Assembly: GCA_002269645.1 (NCBI GenBank)
Contig: NIVC01000103.1
Location: 248,001 to 312,000 of the forward strand
Reading direction: 5' to 3'
Source of the DNA: Macrostomum lignano
Lineage: Eukaryota
Length of the DNA stretch: 64,000 bases
The position numbers and the translations under genes were made by a program. The notes under the pieces were generated by a model. That model worked only from the letters and a program-made list of their open reading frames with translations, ran no database searches and had not been told where the DNA came from. This document shows positions 26,340-39,505 of the stretch, in pieces (position 1 is the first letter of the stretch; each line of letters opens with the position of its first letter).

Positions 26340-29090
26340 TCAGTACAGCAGGGGAAGCCAGGAAACGGACAGCACAATGACCAGGATGAAGTTATAAACA
26401 ACACCCAGAGGTTCGGCTTGCTGAGAGTCTTCGGCAAAGTCGCCGCCGCCGCCGCCGCACATGGCCTGAGCGGTCTCGGCCCAGACTCCGCGATGCCTCA
26501 TCTCGGACTCCAGCTGGGGAAGAAAGCAGGGCGGCGGGCAGAACGGGATGCTGAGCTGGTGGACTGCCGGCTGCTCAGTGGAGTTCTTGTACACCAGCCG
26601 GAACTCGCCGCTGGCGTACAGTTCGGCGATGATGCCGGCAGCCATCGGCGGTCGCAGGCCGTTGAACACTTGGAAGGCGTGCAGGAAGGCGGCCACGGTG
26701 CTGTCGTGGGCGGAGTACACCTGCAGCGCCTGGTGGTGACGGGTGGGGCGGAAGGATCTCGCAGCGCCTGGTGCCACATAAGAATCTACATCTAAAATCT
26801 AGGCGGCCACTGCCCCACTATCCACAGCTAATTCTACCAGATTCTAAACTAAAATCTACCGAACAATCTACGCTAAAATCTACCGAACAATCTACACCAA
26901 AATCTACCGAACAATCTACGCTAAAATCTACCGAACAATCTACACTAAAATTTACCGAACGATCTACACTAAAATCTACCGAACAATCTACGCTAAAATC
27001 TACCGAACAATCTACACCAAAATCTACCGAACAATCTACGCTAAAATCTACCGAACAATCTACACCAAAATCTACCGAACAATCTACGCTAAAATCTACC
27101 GAACGATCTACACTAAAATTTACCGAACAATCTACACCAAACTCTACCATACAATCTACACCAAAATCTACCGAACAATCTACACCAAAATCTACCGAAC
27201 AATCTACACCAAACTCTACCATACAATCTACACCAAAATCTACCGAACAATCTACACCAAAATCTACCGAACAATCTACACTAAAATCTACCGAACAATC
27301 TACACTAAAATCTACTCACCTTCGCAGTCTTGCCCTCCAGCCGCAGCCGCATGCCTCCCAACAGCCGAGCCACCAGCAGGCCCATCCTGGCCGAATGCAG
27401 CTGGAGCTCTCCATATTTCCACAAAAACTTGCGCCTCTTTAACTCGGCCAGGCCTTCCCGGACGGTGCCGTTGACCCAGCTGGGCATCGCCAGGCCCATT
27501 CGCTGCCAGCTGTTCACCGAGTCCTCCACTCTCCACAGCTGCTTGATCGGACAGTCGTCCGGCCCCGGCCAGCCTGTCCGGTTTCTGGCCAGCTCGGCTA
27601 GCCAGCGGAATTCCCGCACAGCAGACTTGAAGGGGCCGTTGGGTCGGGCGCGGAATTGGCGCCAACGGTGCTGATAAGCGGCACACGGAGAGGACATCTT
27701 CAGCAGCTGGTCTGTCTGCGTCGGCTTCGAGTGCACCTGCGGCCGGTTTAGAGTAATATTGATGGTTTTTTACCTTGCCAATGCAAGATTTTGAGTCACA
27801 TCCTATACTTTCTACTTTTGTCAGTAGACGAACTCACACATTATACTATAGTGTATGTTATATAGCGTTAGAAAAATCCGATACGTGTCCTGCTGAAATC
27901 AGTCAAGCTCCACGTGAGTGTAAGGGAGTGGAATCACCGAGGGTTCTTAGGTGAGTGCCCGGGAGTCCGAGAGTGGAATCACCGAGGGTTCTTAGGCGAG
28001 TGCCCGGAAGTCCGAGAGTGGAATTACCGAGGGTTCTTAGGCGAGTGCCCGGGAGTCCGAGAGTGGAATTACCGAGGGTTCTTAGGCGAGTGCCCGGGAG
28101 TCCGAGAGTGGAATCACCGAGGGTTCTTAGGTGAGTGCCCGGGAGTCCGAGAGTGGAATTACCGAGGGTTCTTAGGGCCTTAGGCGAGTGCCCGGAAGTC
28201 CGAGAGTGGAATTACCGAGGGTTCTTAGGCGAGTGCCCGGGAATCCGAGAGTGGAATTACCGAGGGTTCTTAGGCGAGTGCCCGGGAGTCCGAGAGTGGA
28301 ATTACCGAGGGTTCTTAGGCGAGTGCCCGGGAGTCCGAGAGTGGAATTACCGAGGGTTCTTAGGCGAGTGCCCGGGAGTCCGAGAGTGGAATTACCGAGG
28401 GTTCTTAGGCGAGTGCCCGGGAGTCCGAGAGTGGAATTACCGAGGGTTCTTAGGCGAGTGCCCGGGAGTCCGAGAGTGGAATCACCGAGGGTTCTTAGGT
28501 GAGTGTCCGGGAGTCCGAGAGTGGAATCACCGAGGGTTCTTAGGTGAATGTCCGGGAGTCCGAGAGTGGAATCACCGAGGATTCATGTGAATGTCCGGGA
28601 GTGGAATCACAAGGAGTGTTCACAGGTGAGTGTCCGGAACAGTAAGTGTCCGAAAGAGCCGGTACTCCCAGCTCACCGGCACAGGATAGCAGACGGGCAT
28701 CGAGGTGCCGTCTCCGGCGCACTGTCCGGGGAATAGTCCAGCCAGCAGTGCCTGGGCGCTCATCAGTGTCCGGTCGGTGTCCGTGCTGCGCACCTCCATG
28801 GTGCTGGTGTTAAACCAACGCGGCAGTAGCGACTGGTTGTCATAGCGACGGCGTAGCCAGACGCCCAGCCGGAAGAGCTGGCGCACCCCTTGCTCCAGCA
28901 GCTGGGCCGGACCCACCCGGTCAAGCAGCTCGGAGTGAGGGTCGATCGGCAGCGAGCGCATCGCGCTGCGATCTCCGTGACGAACCAGCACGACAATCTG
29001 CATCAGCCGGTTCGGCTCGGCCGGCACCGAGGCCGCCACCGCTGCCGCTAGCAACAGAAGCGCCCTTAGCAATAATACCGCAACGCTCAT
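26340..29090 (-). CDS. Histidine acid phosphatase, lysosomal/prostatic (ACP2/ACPP-like), 3 exons, 406 aa
   Basis: Exons 29090-28677, 27736-27320, 26729-26340 (1221 nt, all phase 0). Signal peptide; catalytic RHGDR; RSTDTDRTLMSAQALLAGLFP; PVH; YSAHDSTV (HD motif); hydrophobic extreme C-terminus. Confidence 0.93.
26845..27314. repeat. 24-bp minisatellite (AAAATCTACCGAACAATCTACACT) in phosphatase intron 2
   Basis: Tandem units. Confidence 0.95.
27915..28640. repeat. 45-bp minisatellite in phosphatase intron 1
   Basis: Unit GAGTGGAATTACCGAGGGTTCTTAGGCGAGTGCCCGGGAGTCCGA, contiguous, no spacers. Confidence 0.95.
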
Positions 29091-29299
29091 AGCTACATGT
29101 AGACCCTTTCAAACTGCCTGATTTCATTTTATCAGATTTTATCTAAATCATATGGGAGTTTGAACGGATGAACTGCCGGTTTCGGCCATAGAGTCAGGGC
29201 GTTGCCGCAACATATTACGAGCGTATATAGAATATGAATTATATGCATTTATTAGTGAAACACTACTGAATAGACTGCCAAATGAGGCGTGACGAAGAA

Positions 29300-30300
29300 T
29301 TTCCGAATTGAGAGTGACCGGAAGAGTGCCATAATTGAGAGTGACAGGAAGAGTGCCATAATGGAGAGTGACAAGAAGAGTGCCATAATTGAGAGTGACA
29401 GGAAGAGTGCCATAATGGAGAGTGACAAGAAGAGTGCCATAATTGAGAGTGACCGGAAGAGTGCCATAATGGAGAGTGTCAGGAAGAGTGCCACAATCGA
29501 GAGTGACAAGAAGTGCCATAACTGAGAGTGACAGAGAGTGCCATATTTGAGAGTCACAGGAAGAGTGCCATAATGGAGAATGACCGAAAACGAATAGTGA
29601 CAGAGAGTGCCAAATCAAGAGTGACAGAAAATGAAGAGTGACACAGACACAGAGTGACAGGGACAGAGTGCCGCAATGGAGAGTGACAGAAAACGAAGAG
29701 TGACAGGGACAGAGTGCCAATTCGAGAGTGACAGGGACAGAGTGCCGCAATGAAGAGTGACAGAAAACGAAGAGTGACAGGGACAGAGTGCCGCAATGGA
29801 GAGTGACAGAAAACGAAGAGTGACAGGGACAGAGTGCCGCAATGGAGAGTGACAGAAAACGAAGAGTGACAGGGACAGAGTGCCGCAATGGAGAGTGACA
29901 GAAAACGAAGAGTGACAGGGACAGAGTGCCGCAATGGAGAGTGACAGAAAACGAAGAGTGACAGGGACAGAGTGCCGCAATGGAGAGTGACAGAAAACGA
30001 AGAGTGACAGGGACAGAGTGCCGCAATGGAGAGTGACAGAAAACGAAGAGTGACAGGGACAGAGTGCCGCAATGGAGAGTGACAGAAAACGAAGAGTGAC
30101 AGGGACAGAGTGCCGCAATGAAGAGTGACAGAAAACGAAGAGTGACAGGGACAGAGTGCCGCAATGGAGAGTGACAGAAAACGAAGAGTGACAGGGACAG
30201 AGAGTGCCAATTCGAGATTGACAGGGACAGAGAGTGCCAATTCGAGAGTGACAGGGACAGAGAGTGCCAATTCGAGAGTGACAGGAAGAGTGCCGCAATG
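29300..30300. repeat. Compound 24-bp / 46-bp GAGAGTGACA-based minisatellite
   Basis: Tandem units upstream of the phosphatase. Confidence 0.93.
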
Positions 30301-30889
30301 GAGGGTGACCAACTGAAAAAAACAAAAGCCAAAATGCAAAAGCACTCAGTGCTTACAGTCTGACGCACACTGGCGGTGCAAAGATGAAGCAGTGCAAATC
30401 CGGATCGCTGAACAATTTTATTGTGACAGCTGTACCCAAAAAGCGTGGAATCGGGTAAATAATTAAAAAAACAGAATTCTACAATTGCTTTTGTTAACTA
30501 GAAATGCGCAGTTTGTAGTAATAAGAATTACCAATTAAAAGCAATGATTGCATACACTGCATCACGCACTAAAGTACACTGGAGGTGCGTATAGGATAAC
30601 CACGTGCGAGATGACCTCTGTGGCATGATAAATACGTTAGCATATCAAGCTGGAAATATATAGACAGACACTGTGGGGCTAAACAATAATGGAATCAGGT
30701 GACAAATAAAGCAGATAATCGGTTAGATTAGATTATGGAAGAATTAAGGGCGATAGGTACACGAGAAGTGATTAAAAGTGTGACAGTTTAAAAACAGTGC
30801 CAGAAGCGGAGTGACATGGAGAGTGACGAGATTGACAGACAGAGTAACAGATGGTAAGTGTGCCAGAGGAGAGAGTGAAAGATAGAAGA

Positions 30890-31725
30890 GTGTGACAGGG
30901 GGACAGATGGAAGAGTGTGACAGATAGGATAGTGTGACAGATGGGATACTATGACAGGGATAGTGTGACAGATGGGATACTATGACAGGGATAGTGTGAC
31001 AGATGGGATACTGTGACAAATGGGATACTATGACAGGGATAGTGTGACAAATGGGATACTATGACAGGGATAGTGTGACAGATGGGATACTATGACAGGG
31101 ATAGTGTGACAAATGGGATACTATGACAGGGATAGTGTGACAAATGGGATACTATGACAGGGATAGTGTGACAAATGGGATACTATGACAGGGATAGTGT
31201 GACAGATGGGATACTGTGACAGGGATAGTGACAGATGGGATACTGTGACAGGGATAGTGACAGATGGGATACTGTGACAGGGATAGTGACAGATGGGATA
31301 CTGTGACAGGGATAGTGACAGATGGGATACTGTGACAGGGATAGTGACAGATGGGATACTATGACAGGGATAGTGACAGATGGGATACTGTGACAGGGAT
31401 AGTGACAGATGGGATACTATGACAGGGATAGTGTGACAGATGGGATACTGTGACAGGGATAGTGTGACAGATGGGATACTATGACAGGGATAGTGTGACA
31501 GATGGGATACTGTGACAGGGATAGTGTGACAGATGGGATACTGTGACAGGGATAGTGTGACAGATGGGATACTATGACAGGGATAGTGTGACAGATGGGA
31601 TACTGTGACAGGGATAGTGTGACAGATGGGATACTGTGACAGGGATAGTGTGACAGATGGGATACTATGACAGGCATAGTGTGACAGATGGGATACTATG
31701 ACAGGGATAGTGTGACAGATGGGAT
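30890..31725. repeat. 29-31-bp minisatellite (GTGTGACAGATGGGATACTATGACAGGGATA)
   Basis: Tandem units downstream of POLE2. Confidence 0.95.
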
Positions 31726-31916
31726 TGTCACAGAAGAGTGACATCGAAGGAATGTGACAGATGGGAGAGTGTGACAGAAGAGTGATAGGAGGGGGTGTCA
31801 GAGGTCGGGTAACCGAGCGTGCCAGATGAGACGGGAGAGTGCCTGAGAGTATGAAAGGCAGAGGTAACAATAATGATGGAGAGTGACAGACAGTGTGACA
31901 GACAGCGCAGGCCAGC

Positions 31917-34900
31917 TCAATCGGCAATGCAGCTGGACTGGATCTCCCGCCGCCTAGGCAGATAGACGTGAAAGCTGAAGCCGGACTCCTTGAAGCAGCC
32001 GGGATTGACGCACAGGCAGTCGGCGTGGCGCAGCTGGAAATGCCGGCAGGCGGAGTCGGCCAGCACCAGCAGGTCGGGCAGGGGGCACAGCCGCAATGTC
32101 CGGTCCAGATTCCACAGCACAGGCGACACGTGCAGCGGCAGCGGCGACAGGTGGCCCTGGGACAGCACCGTCCGGACGAAATGGCCGCTCAATTCGTCAC
32201 CCTCGGCCGGACAGCTGAGCGCCTGTCGGCAAAGCTTCTCGCACAGCTGCTGCCTGTACACGACAATCTCCTGGGTGCAGAACTGCAGCCTGCACGGGTT
32301 GCTGCCAAGCACAACCCGGCCGCCTCCGCGCTGCTGCTGCTGCTGCTGGCCGAGATCTCCGGCCACCGCTTCGGACAGCGGTGGGTAGGGTAGCAGAGGG
32401 GACAGCGGGCAGTCGGAGGGGCCCGGGATCAGCACCACAGTGCTGTGCTGCTGCACCGGCTTGCATGAGTCTAAGAGGAAGTTAGGTTGCCGTCTGGTTG
32501 CTATGGTTACTGGGACTGATTTGCTCTGTAACCTACCGCTTGCTCTGTAGCCTACCCGTTTACTCTGTAGCCTACCCGCTTACTCTGTAGCCTACCCGCT
32601 TACTCTGTAGCCTACCCGCTTACTCTGTAGCCTATCCGCTTACTCTGTAGCCTACCCGCTTACTCTGTAGCCTACCCGCTTACTCTGTAGCCTACCCGCT
32701 TACTCTGTAGCCTATCCGCTTACTCTGTAGCCTACCCGCTTACTCTGTAACCTACCTGCTTACTCAGTAGCCTACCCGCTTACTCTGTAGCCTACCCGCT
32801 TACTCTGTAGCCTACCCGCTTACTCTGTAGCCTACCCGCTTACTCTGTAGCCTACCCTCTTGCTCTGTAGCCTACCTGCTTACTCTGTAACCTACCCGCT
32901 GCTTACTCTGTAGCCTACCTGCTTACTCAGTAGCCTACCCGCTTACTCTGTAGCCTATCCGCTTACTCTGTAGCTTATCCTCTTGCTCTGTAGCCTACCT
33001 GCTTACTCAGTAGCCTACTCTCTTGCTCTGTAGCCTACCTGCTTACTCTGTAGCCTACCCGCTTACTCAGTAGCCTACCCGCTTACTCAGTAGCCTACCC
33101 GCTTACTCTGTAACCTACCCGCTTACTCTGTAGCCTACCCGCTTACTCAGTAGCCTACCTGCTTACTCTGTAGCCTACCCGCTTACCCGGTAGCCTACCT
33201 GCTTACTCTGTAGCCTACCCGCTTACCCGGTAGCCTACCCGCTTACTCAGTAGCCTACCCGCTTACTCAGTAGCCTACCCGCTTACTCAGTAGCCTACCC
33301 GCTTACTCTGTAGCCTACCCTCTTGCTCTGTAGCCTACCCGCTTACTCAGTAGCCTACCCGCTTACTCTGTAGCCTACCCTCTTGCTCTGTAGCCTACCC
33401 GCTTACTCAGTAGCCTACCCGCTTACTCTGTAACCTACTAAAACACTTTCGAAAATCCCCATACACATAAAGCGATATTAGTATTACCCCAAGCGCACTA
33501 ACCAATCAGAGCCTGCAGCCGCCGCAGGCCGGTCCGCAGCTGCTCCACCCGGTCGGGCGCGTGTCGGCCAACCGGGCTGAGGAAGTCGCCGCACAAAATC
33601 AGACCGGTTGGCGGCGAGTCCGAGTAGCCAGTGAGCATCAGGGACAGCTTGGACATCACCTGAAGGGAGAGAAGTATCGGGACTGAGGGATCGGGACTGA
33701 AGTATCGGGACTGAAGGATTGGGACTGAGGGATTGGGACTGAAGTATCGGGACTGGAGGAGCGGGACTGGAGGATCGGGACTGGAAGATCGGGACTGAAG
33801 GATCGGGACTGAAGGATCGGGACTGAAGGATCGGAACTGGAGGATCGGGACTGAAGTATCGGGACTGAAGGATCGGGACTGAAGGATCGGGACTGAAGGA
33901 TCGGGACTGAAGTATCGGGACTGAAGTATCGGGACTGAAGGATCGGGACTGAAGTATCGGGACTGGAGGATCGGGACTGGAGGATCGGGACTGAAGTATC
34001 GGGACTGAAGGATCGGGACTGGAGGATCTGGACTGGAGGATCTGGACTGAAGTATCGGGACTGGAGGATCGGGACTGGAGGATCGGGACTGGAGGATCGG
34101 GACTGGAGGATCGGGACTGGAGGATCGGGACTGGAGGATCGGGACTGGAGGATCTGGACTGGAGGATCGGGATTGGAGGATCGGGACTGAAGGATCGGGA
34201 CTGGAGGATCGGGACTGAAGTATCGGGACTGGAGGATCGGGACTGAAGGATTGGGACTGAAGGATTGGGACTGAAGTATCGGGACTGGAGGATCGGGACT
34301 GGAGGATCGGAACTGGAGGATCGGGACTGGAGGATCGGGACTGAAGGATCGGGACTGCAGGATCGGGACTGAAGGATCGGGACTGAAGGATCGGGACTGG
34401 AGGATCGGGACTGGAGGATCGGGACTGCAGGATCGGGACTGCAGGATCGGGACTGAAGCATTGGAACGAATCGCACCTCAGAGTCGTCCAGCCACAGGTC
34501 GGACACGAACACCAGGTAGTGCGCGTGACTCGATCGCTCCCGTTCGCCCAGTCGAGCGTCCAGGCGTGCGCAGGTGGTGGCCGGGCCGCCGAAGGTGTTC
34601 AACGAGCCGAGTGCGGCCCGGGTGTCAGTGGGCCGCTCGGCAGGCGGCAGGCCAGCCTCCAGCATGAGGAAGGAGGCCTCAGACTGTCTGTAGCAGCCTT
34701 CGGCCAGCACGTGGCAGCCTTCGGCCAAGATTCCGTCGTTAAAACGGCACCGACTAACGTCTAGAAGCATCACGCCGGTGGGGTCCTCGAGGAACCAGCG
34801 GTTGGGCTCGGCCGAGCTGCGGGTTGGTCCAAGAAAATTATATCTGGTCATTTAACACATTCCAATATTTGTCCCTAACTTGTGAATCTCATTCCTGATC

Positions 34901-36600
34901 TGTCCTGGGTTTCATTGACTTTAACCGGTGAAACTTGACGGACACTAACCGGTGAAACTTGACCGACACTAACCGGTGAAACTTGACCGACACTAACCGG
35001 TGAAACATGACGGACACTAACCGGTGAAACTTGACGGACTCTAACCGGTGAATCTTTACCGACTCTAACCGGTGAAATTTGACGGATGACAGGTAAATCC
35101 CGTACTTCCCAACCGGTAAGTAAAAGCACACAGCGCGGCCTCACCGAGTCAGCATGCCCAGAACTACCAGCTGCTTGTCAGGCCCGCTAGCCTTGGCAAA
35201 CTCCACCGTTCTCAAGGCGCCGCCGCTGCCTTTGCCGATGGACCCTCCGATGATTCCACTGACGCCGCCGGTGACGCCGCCAACGCCGACAGTCAGCGGA
35301 TCGCAGTCGGCAAAGCCAGGCGCCCGCATCAGGCGCTGGAGCAGAAACTCGTACCGTTGGCGCATCAGCTGGACGCGCGACTCCGCTCCGCTCTCCGACC
35401 CGGATGTCGGGCGCGGCAGCGCCGGCGCCGGCGCCAATTTTCGACTGTCGCGGTCGTAGCGAAAATTTGGCGCCGCCGTGTCGAACGCGTCGAACACCTG
35501 CAGCCAGGGACTGTCGGCGGCGATGGCGGCTGCCGCGGCAGCTGTGCCGCTTAGCAACTGCTCGGCAACGAGGGACTCGATTTCAGAGCGCTGCACGTGA
35601 CAGGAATTGAGCGGCAGGCGGAGGACCGCCTCGACCAGCCTGTGGGGTGAGCGTTTTCATTGGTGGATTCAGGGCGACTCTTAGACAGGGCTTAGGGCGA
35701 CTCTTAGACAGGGCTTAGGGCGACTCTTAGACAGGGCTTAGGGCGACTCTTAGACAGGGCTTAGGGCGACTCTTAGACAGGGCTTAGGGCGACTCTTAGA
35801 CAGGGCTTAGGGCGACTCTTAGACAGGGCTTAGGGCGACTCTTAGACAGGGCTTAGGGCGACTCTTAGACAGGGCTTAGGGCGACTCTTAGACAGGGCTT
35901 AGGGCGACTCTTAGACAGGGCTTAGGGCGACTCTTTGACAGGGCTTAGGGCGACTCTTAGACAGGGCTTAGGGCGACTCTTAGACAGGGCTTAGGGCGAC
36001 TCTTAGACAGGGCTTAGGGCGACTCTGTCTTAGACAGGCCTTAGGGCGACTCTTAGAGAGGGCTTAGGGAGACTTTTAGGGATTAGGGCGACTCTTAGAG
36101 AGGGCTTAGGACGACTCTTAGGGCTTAGGGCGACTCTTAGAGAGGGCTTAGGGTGACTCTTAGGGCTTAGGACGATTCTTATTGATTAGGGCGAATCTCA
36201 TGCTGGTTTCTAGGCTTTGGGACGATTCAATTTTAAATAATTTTTTTCACTATTTTTAAATCAGATCAGAACCAACAGCCAAAATAATCACAAATTTAAA
36301 GTTGGAAACATTTATTTAAGTAAGCAAATATGAGTAGCACTAGATATGGACCTACTAGGCTAGTTTTACCAGCAATAGGAATATATTATTAATATTCAAT
36401 ACTTTGTTGACAATGTAAGGGCCTATTACAGTGCATTATGAAACTGAAACTCACCTGTCAATCACCTGGGCAGGATTAACTGCAGCCTGACCACTGTGCT
36501 CCATAGCAGCTAGGATAGTGCGTGTTGCCTCTGGATGAAGACTGAGACCATGCAGGCGGAATGCCTTGCTTAGCTGGGTTCTTACCTCTGTTTGACTCAT
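31917..36600 (-). CDS. POLE2: DNA polymerase epsilon subunit 2 (B subunit, Dpb2), 5 exons, ~563 aa
   Basis: Exons 36600-36455, 35639-35145, 34816-34477, 33659-33503, 32470-31917 (1692 nt, in frame). Motifs: AFRLHGLSL, VLGMLT, FLEDPTG, GILAEGCHVLAEG, VFVSDLWLD, KLSLMLTGYS...LILCGDF, VLIPGPSD, SNPCRLQFCTQEIVVYR, QGHLSPLP, PLPDLLVLAD, NPGCF. Confidence 0.96.
32520..33438. repeat. 20-bp minisatellite (GCTTACTCTGTAGCCTACCC) in POLE2 intron 4
   Basis: Tandem units. Confidence 0.95.
33670..34458. repeat. 15-bp minisatellite (GATCGGGACTGGAGG/GAAG) in POLE2 intron 3
   Basis: Tandem units. Confidence 0.95.
34920..35085. repeat. 24-bp minisatellite (CTAACCGGTGAAACTTGACCGACA) in POLE2 intron 2
   Basis: Tandem units. 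Confidence 0.92.
35670..36190. repeat. 23-bp TTAGGG-containing minisatellite (CTTAGGGCGACTCTTAGACAGGG) in POLE2 intron 1
   Basis: Tandem units, degenerating rightwards. Confidence 0.95.
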
Positions 36601-37964
36601 CTGTAATAGATAAAATAAAAATATTAGTTACAAGATTATTATATACCCATATATAGGCTTAATGATAGATTCATGTCTGATACGATTAGAGCAAATCTAA
36701 AACTATGTGGATTACCTATTAAATATATCAGATATATAGAAAAACCTTCAATCTCAGGTGTATAAGATCATGGAAACATAATTTTCAGTCTCTTAACTTA
36801 TGATTTTTCAAGTTGATAGTTTTAAACATGTTTAGATACAATATAAACTTTATCAATTTAATTATTTTTCTTATCTATAATCTATATATGATATAATCAA
36901 TATAAACCCCTATTTGTTTTAATAGACCTAGGATGTCTAAAACTTAAAGGTTTTGAGACTAAGCAAATATTAGGCCTTAGCTAGCCTACCTACCTAGTCT
37001 AGGCCCTATCTTAGATTTAATAAAAATTATTTATTCTCTATATTTTAATAGGTATCAATAAATTTTAATACAATAAAGTATACAATAAAGTATTTATCTG
37101 TGAAAATCGCATAAACAATTGTTTAAAAGTGGATTATAGATACGATTAGGTCTATATTTATTAAAAAGCATAAAATATTCCAAGTGTAATAAATTATAAA
37201 TATAGTTATTGTGCAAAATTTAAAACAACAAGATTAATATGACAATATGATTTCATGTTCGATAGTAATATTATATAATACTATAGGGCATGGGGCCATA
37301 GACATAGGCCTATCTTAATTTAGCTATCTAGAAACATGTTGGCCTAAAACATGTTGCTTATTTAATTTAGTACAATATATACACTATGAATTATTATATG
37401 TTAATTTATAATGGGAATGGTATATTATAATTTTATTATTATAGTTAGGCCCACTAATCTAGTGTAGTGTCTATTACATTGCATATTCCTTAGTCTTGAC
37501 TTGGTAGACGTAGACCAGGTACTGTTGACTGAAAATTGACAAAATAGGCTGGCTTGTCTCAGCTCAGTTGCGCAATAAGCTCACTAGGCCCTAGCCATTC
37601 TGAAATAGGCCTATTCGATTATCTAAGATCTAAGCAAGTAGGCCTGAACAAGAGAAAATTTAAACTAAAAAAATTCAGGAATCTGCAATGAAGTTAGGCC
37701 TAATTATGAGGATGCAGCATGATGCCGTGCAGGCCTGCTGTATACAAAATAGATCATTATTATGTGAGTTTCAAGTAGAGCCTACACTGAGTTAGAGCAG
37801 AGCCTAGATTACATTTTAAACTGACTTGTGTGAACACTGTGATTTTTTTGTTGTTTATATTCCGCATAATACACGTACACGTGTTCGTGCAGACAGTTCA
37901 CGGTCACGCTTTACAATTTAAAGCTGCGTATGCTATCGCGTATGTTACGCACGAATGTCACCTA

Positions 37965-38640
37965 ATCAGTTGCAGAAAATTACTGCTGTCTGGGACACTA
38001 CTTTTAGCTCCACCTGGGGGCACCTCCAAGCGCCTCTGGTTGATCTACACTGCAATGGTTAGGCCTACTATCTCGTACGGCGGCCTGATCTAAGCTAGTG
38101 CCCTGCAGATAAAGACCTGCCTGGAGACTCTCAGGAGAGCGCAAGGGCGCGCATGCCGCAAGATCATGAGTGCCCCCATCTGCTCCTTACGATGACCTCA
38201 ACGCCTTCCTCAACATTCCCCGCTAGATATCTTTGTCTGATTTGTCTGATTGACGCCGGCATTCGCGTTTCCTGCCCCATAGGGCCATGGCTAAGCGCAA
38301 GCTCGATCCTGCCTCACGCGCGCCGACACCTCTGCCTCAAGGACTTAAGAGACGGCGGCGGGCTCCACGTCTTATCCGACGGTGAACTCCGCACTCTCAA
38401 CCTCTTTCAGCGCTACAAAGTCACCATCCCCTCAAAGAATGCTGCCACTGACACACTGGAATTTCCAGGAGGCCCATTGTTTCACGCACCGGACGGATCC
38501 ATCAAAGATGGCTACGCCGGCTTTGGGGTCTGCATCATCATCTACGCGGCCTCGTCATTGCCACGTATGCCCAGCACACTGGCAGACTCTCCATGGTCTT
38601 CCAAAACGAAGTCCTTCCTATCAGCTCCTGTGCTGCAGAG
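37965..38640 (+). mobile_element. Degenerate non-LTR retrotransposon fragment with RNase H (R1/LOA-like)
   Basis: Frameshifted remnants: TWGTSKRLWLIYTAMVRPTISYG, LRRAQGRACRKI, PLDIF, DGSIKDGYAGFGV (RNase H DGS motif), SMVFQNEVLPISSCA. Confidence 0.75.
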
Positions 38641-39505
38641 CGCTGTTTCTTCAGATCCCCTCTGCAGCTAAGTCAAGTAAATCAATTAGGACACTGCTAC
38701 TTTTATATCTAATCCATTTTAATATCTAGGGCCAAATTAAATCAAGCTTAATTCCTGTTTTAAAATTCGAGGGAAGACGAAGTAGTTAAGCTATGTTTAA
38801 TTTGAGGATCAGTCCCAGATGTGAGCATTCCTGGAGTCGGCACGCGTTGATCATCTTATTACAAAGTATTGCATGGTCTCCCTTTGAAGCAGCGATGCAA
38901 CGCAAAATACTGCGTAACTAGCAAATTTTGTTCAGACAATGCGGTTTAATTCTAATTATTCTCTTGCAGTCGAGCATTACCAGCCAAATGCCAAACAAGA
39001 ATTACTTACCATGCATGTGACGTGGATCCTGCCTCTAGATTTTGTAGGTTTTTGTTTGTTGCACTGCTTCAAGCGGCTTCGAGTATCCATAAAAGCGGAA
39101 CAGCCACACTACTGAGCTACCGCAGAGCCCTGAATTCAGTTTTATATACAACCACACTTTCCATACATACACTTTCGAAGCTTGTTTGGGTATTTAGCAA
39201 TCCAAGTGGGTTCGGTTCATGTATTTTTCGGAGACAAACACAATTAAGCGGCAGCTAGCTCTTTGAAGCCAAAGCTAGAATTTACATGTAGGACTAACGA
39301 TGGATGCTTCAAAGACAGAAAAATGCCGCTCCATATTAAAGAGTTCCGCCAGTTTTTTTCGTTGCTTATTCTGATTGAGTCAAGTCCCCTATTGTTTCCA
39401 TTTCGCTATTGTCGCTGCGGTCCCTACTGGGAGCATAAATTCGCTTTCGGATTCGAGAACCCCCAGCCCAGCGCGGAGACTTTGCCGAAGTTTTCTCTCA
39501 AAGAC

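Noticed and set aside
26771-27442. KSTEQSTL-repeat mucin-like ORF on +
   Set aside because: Antisense translation of the 24-bp minisatellite in phosphatase intron 2.
27915-28640. 45-bp regularly spaced repeats resembling a CRISPR array
   Set aside because: Units are contiguous with no unique spacers, there are no cas genes, and the context is a eukaryotic intron.
33484-34851. 455-aa ORF reading from POLE2 exon 3 through the PVPILQSRSSSPD repeats
   Set aside because: Read-through of intron 3 (817 nt, not a multiple of 3). The conserved POLE2 sequence resumes in a different frame after a canonical acceptor at 33660.
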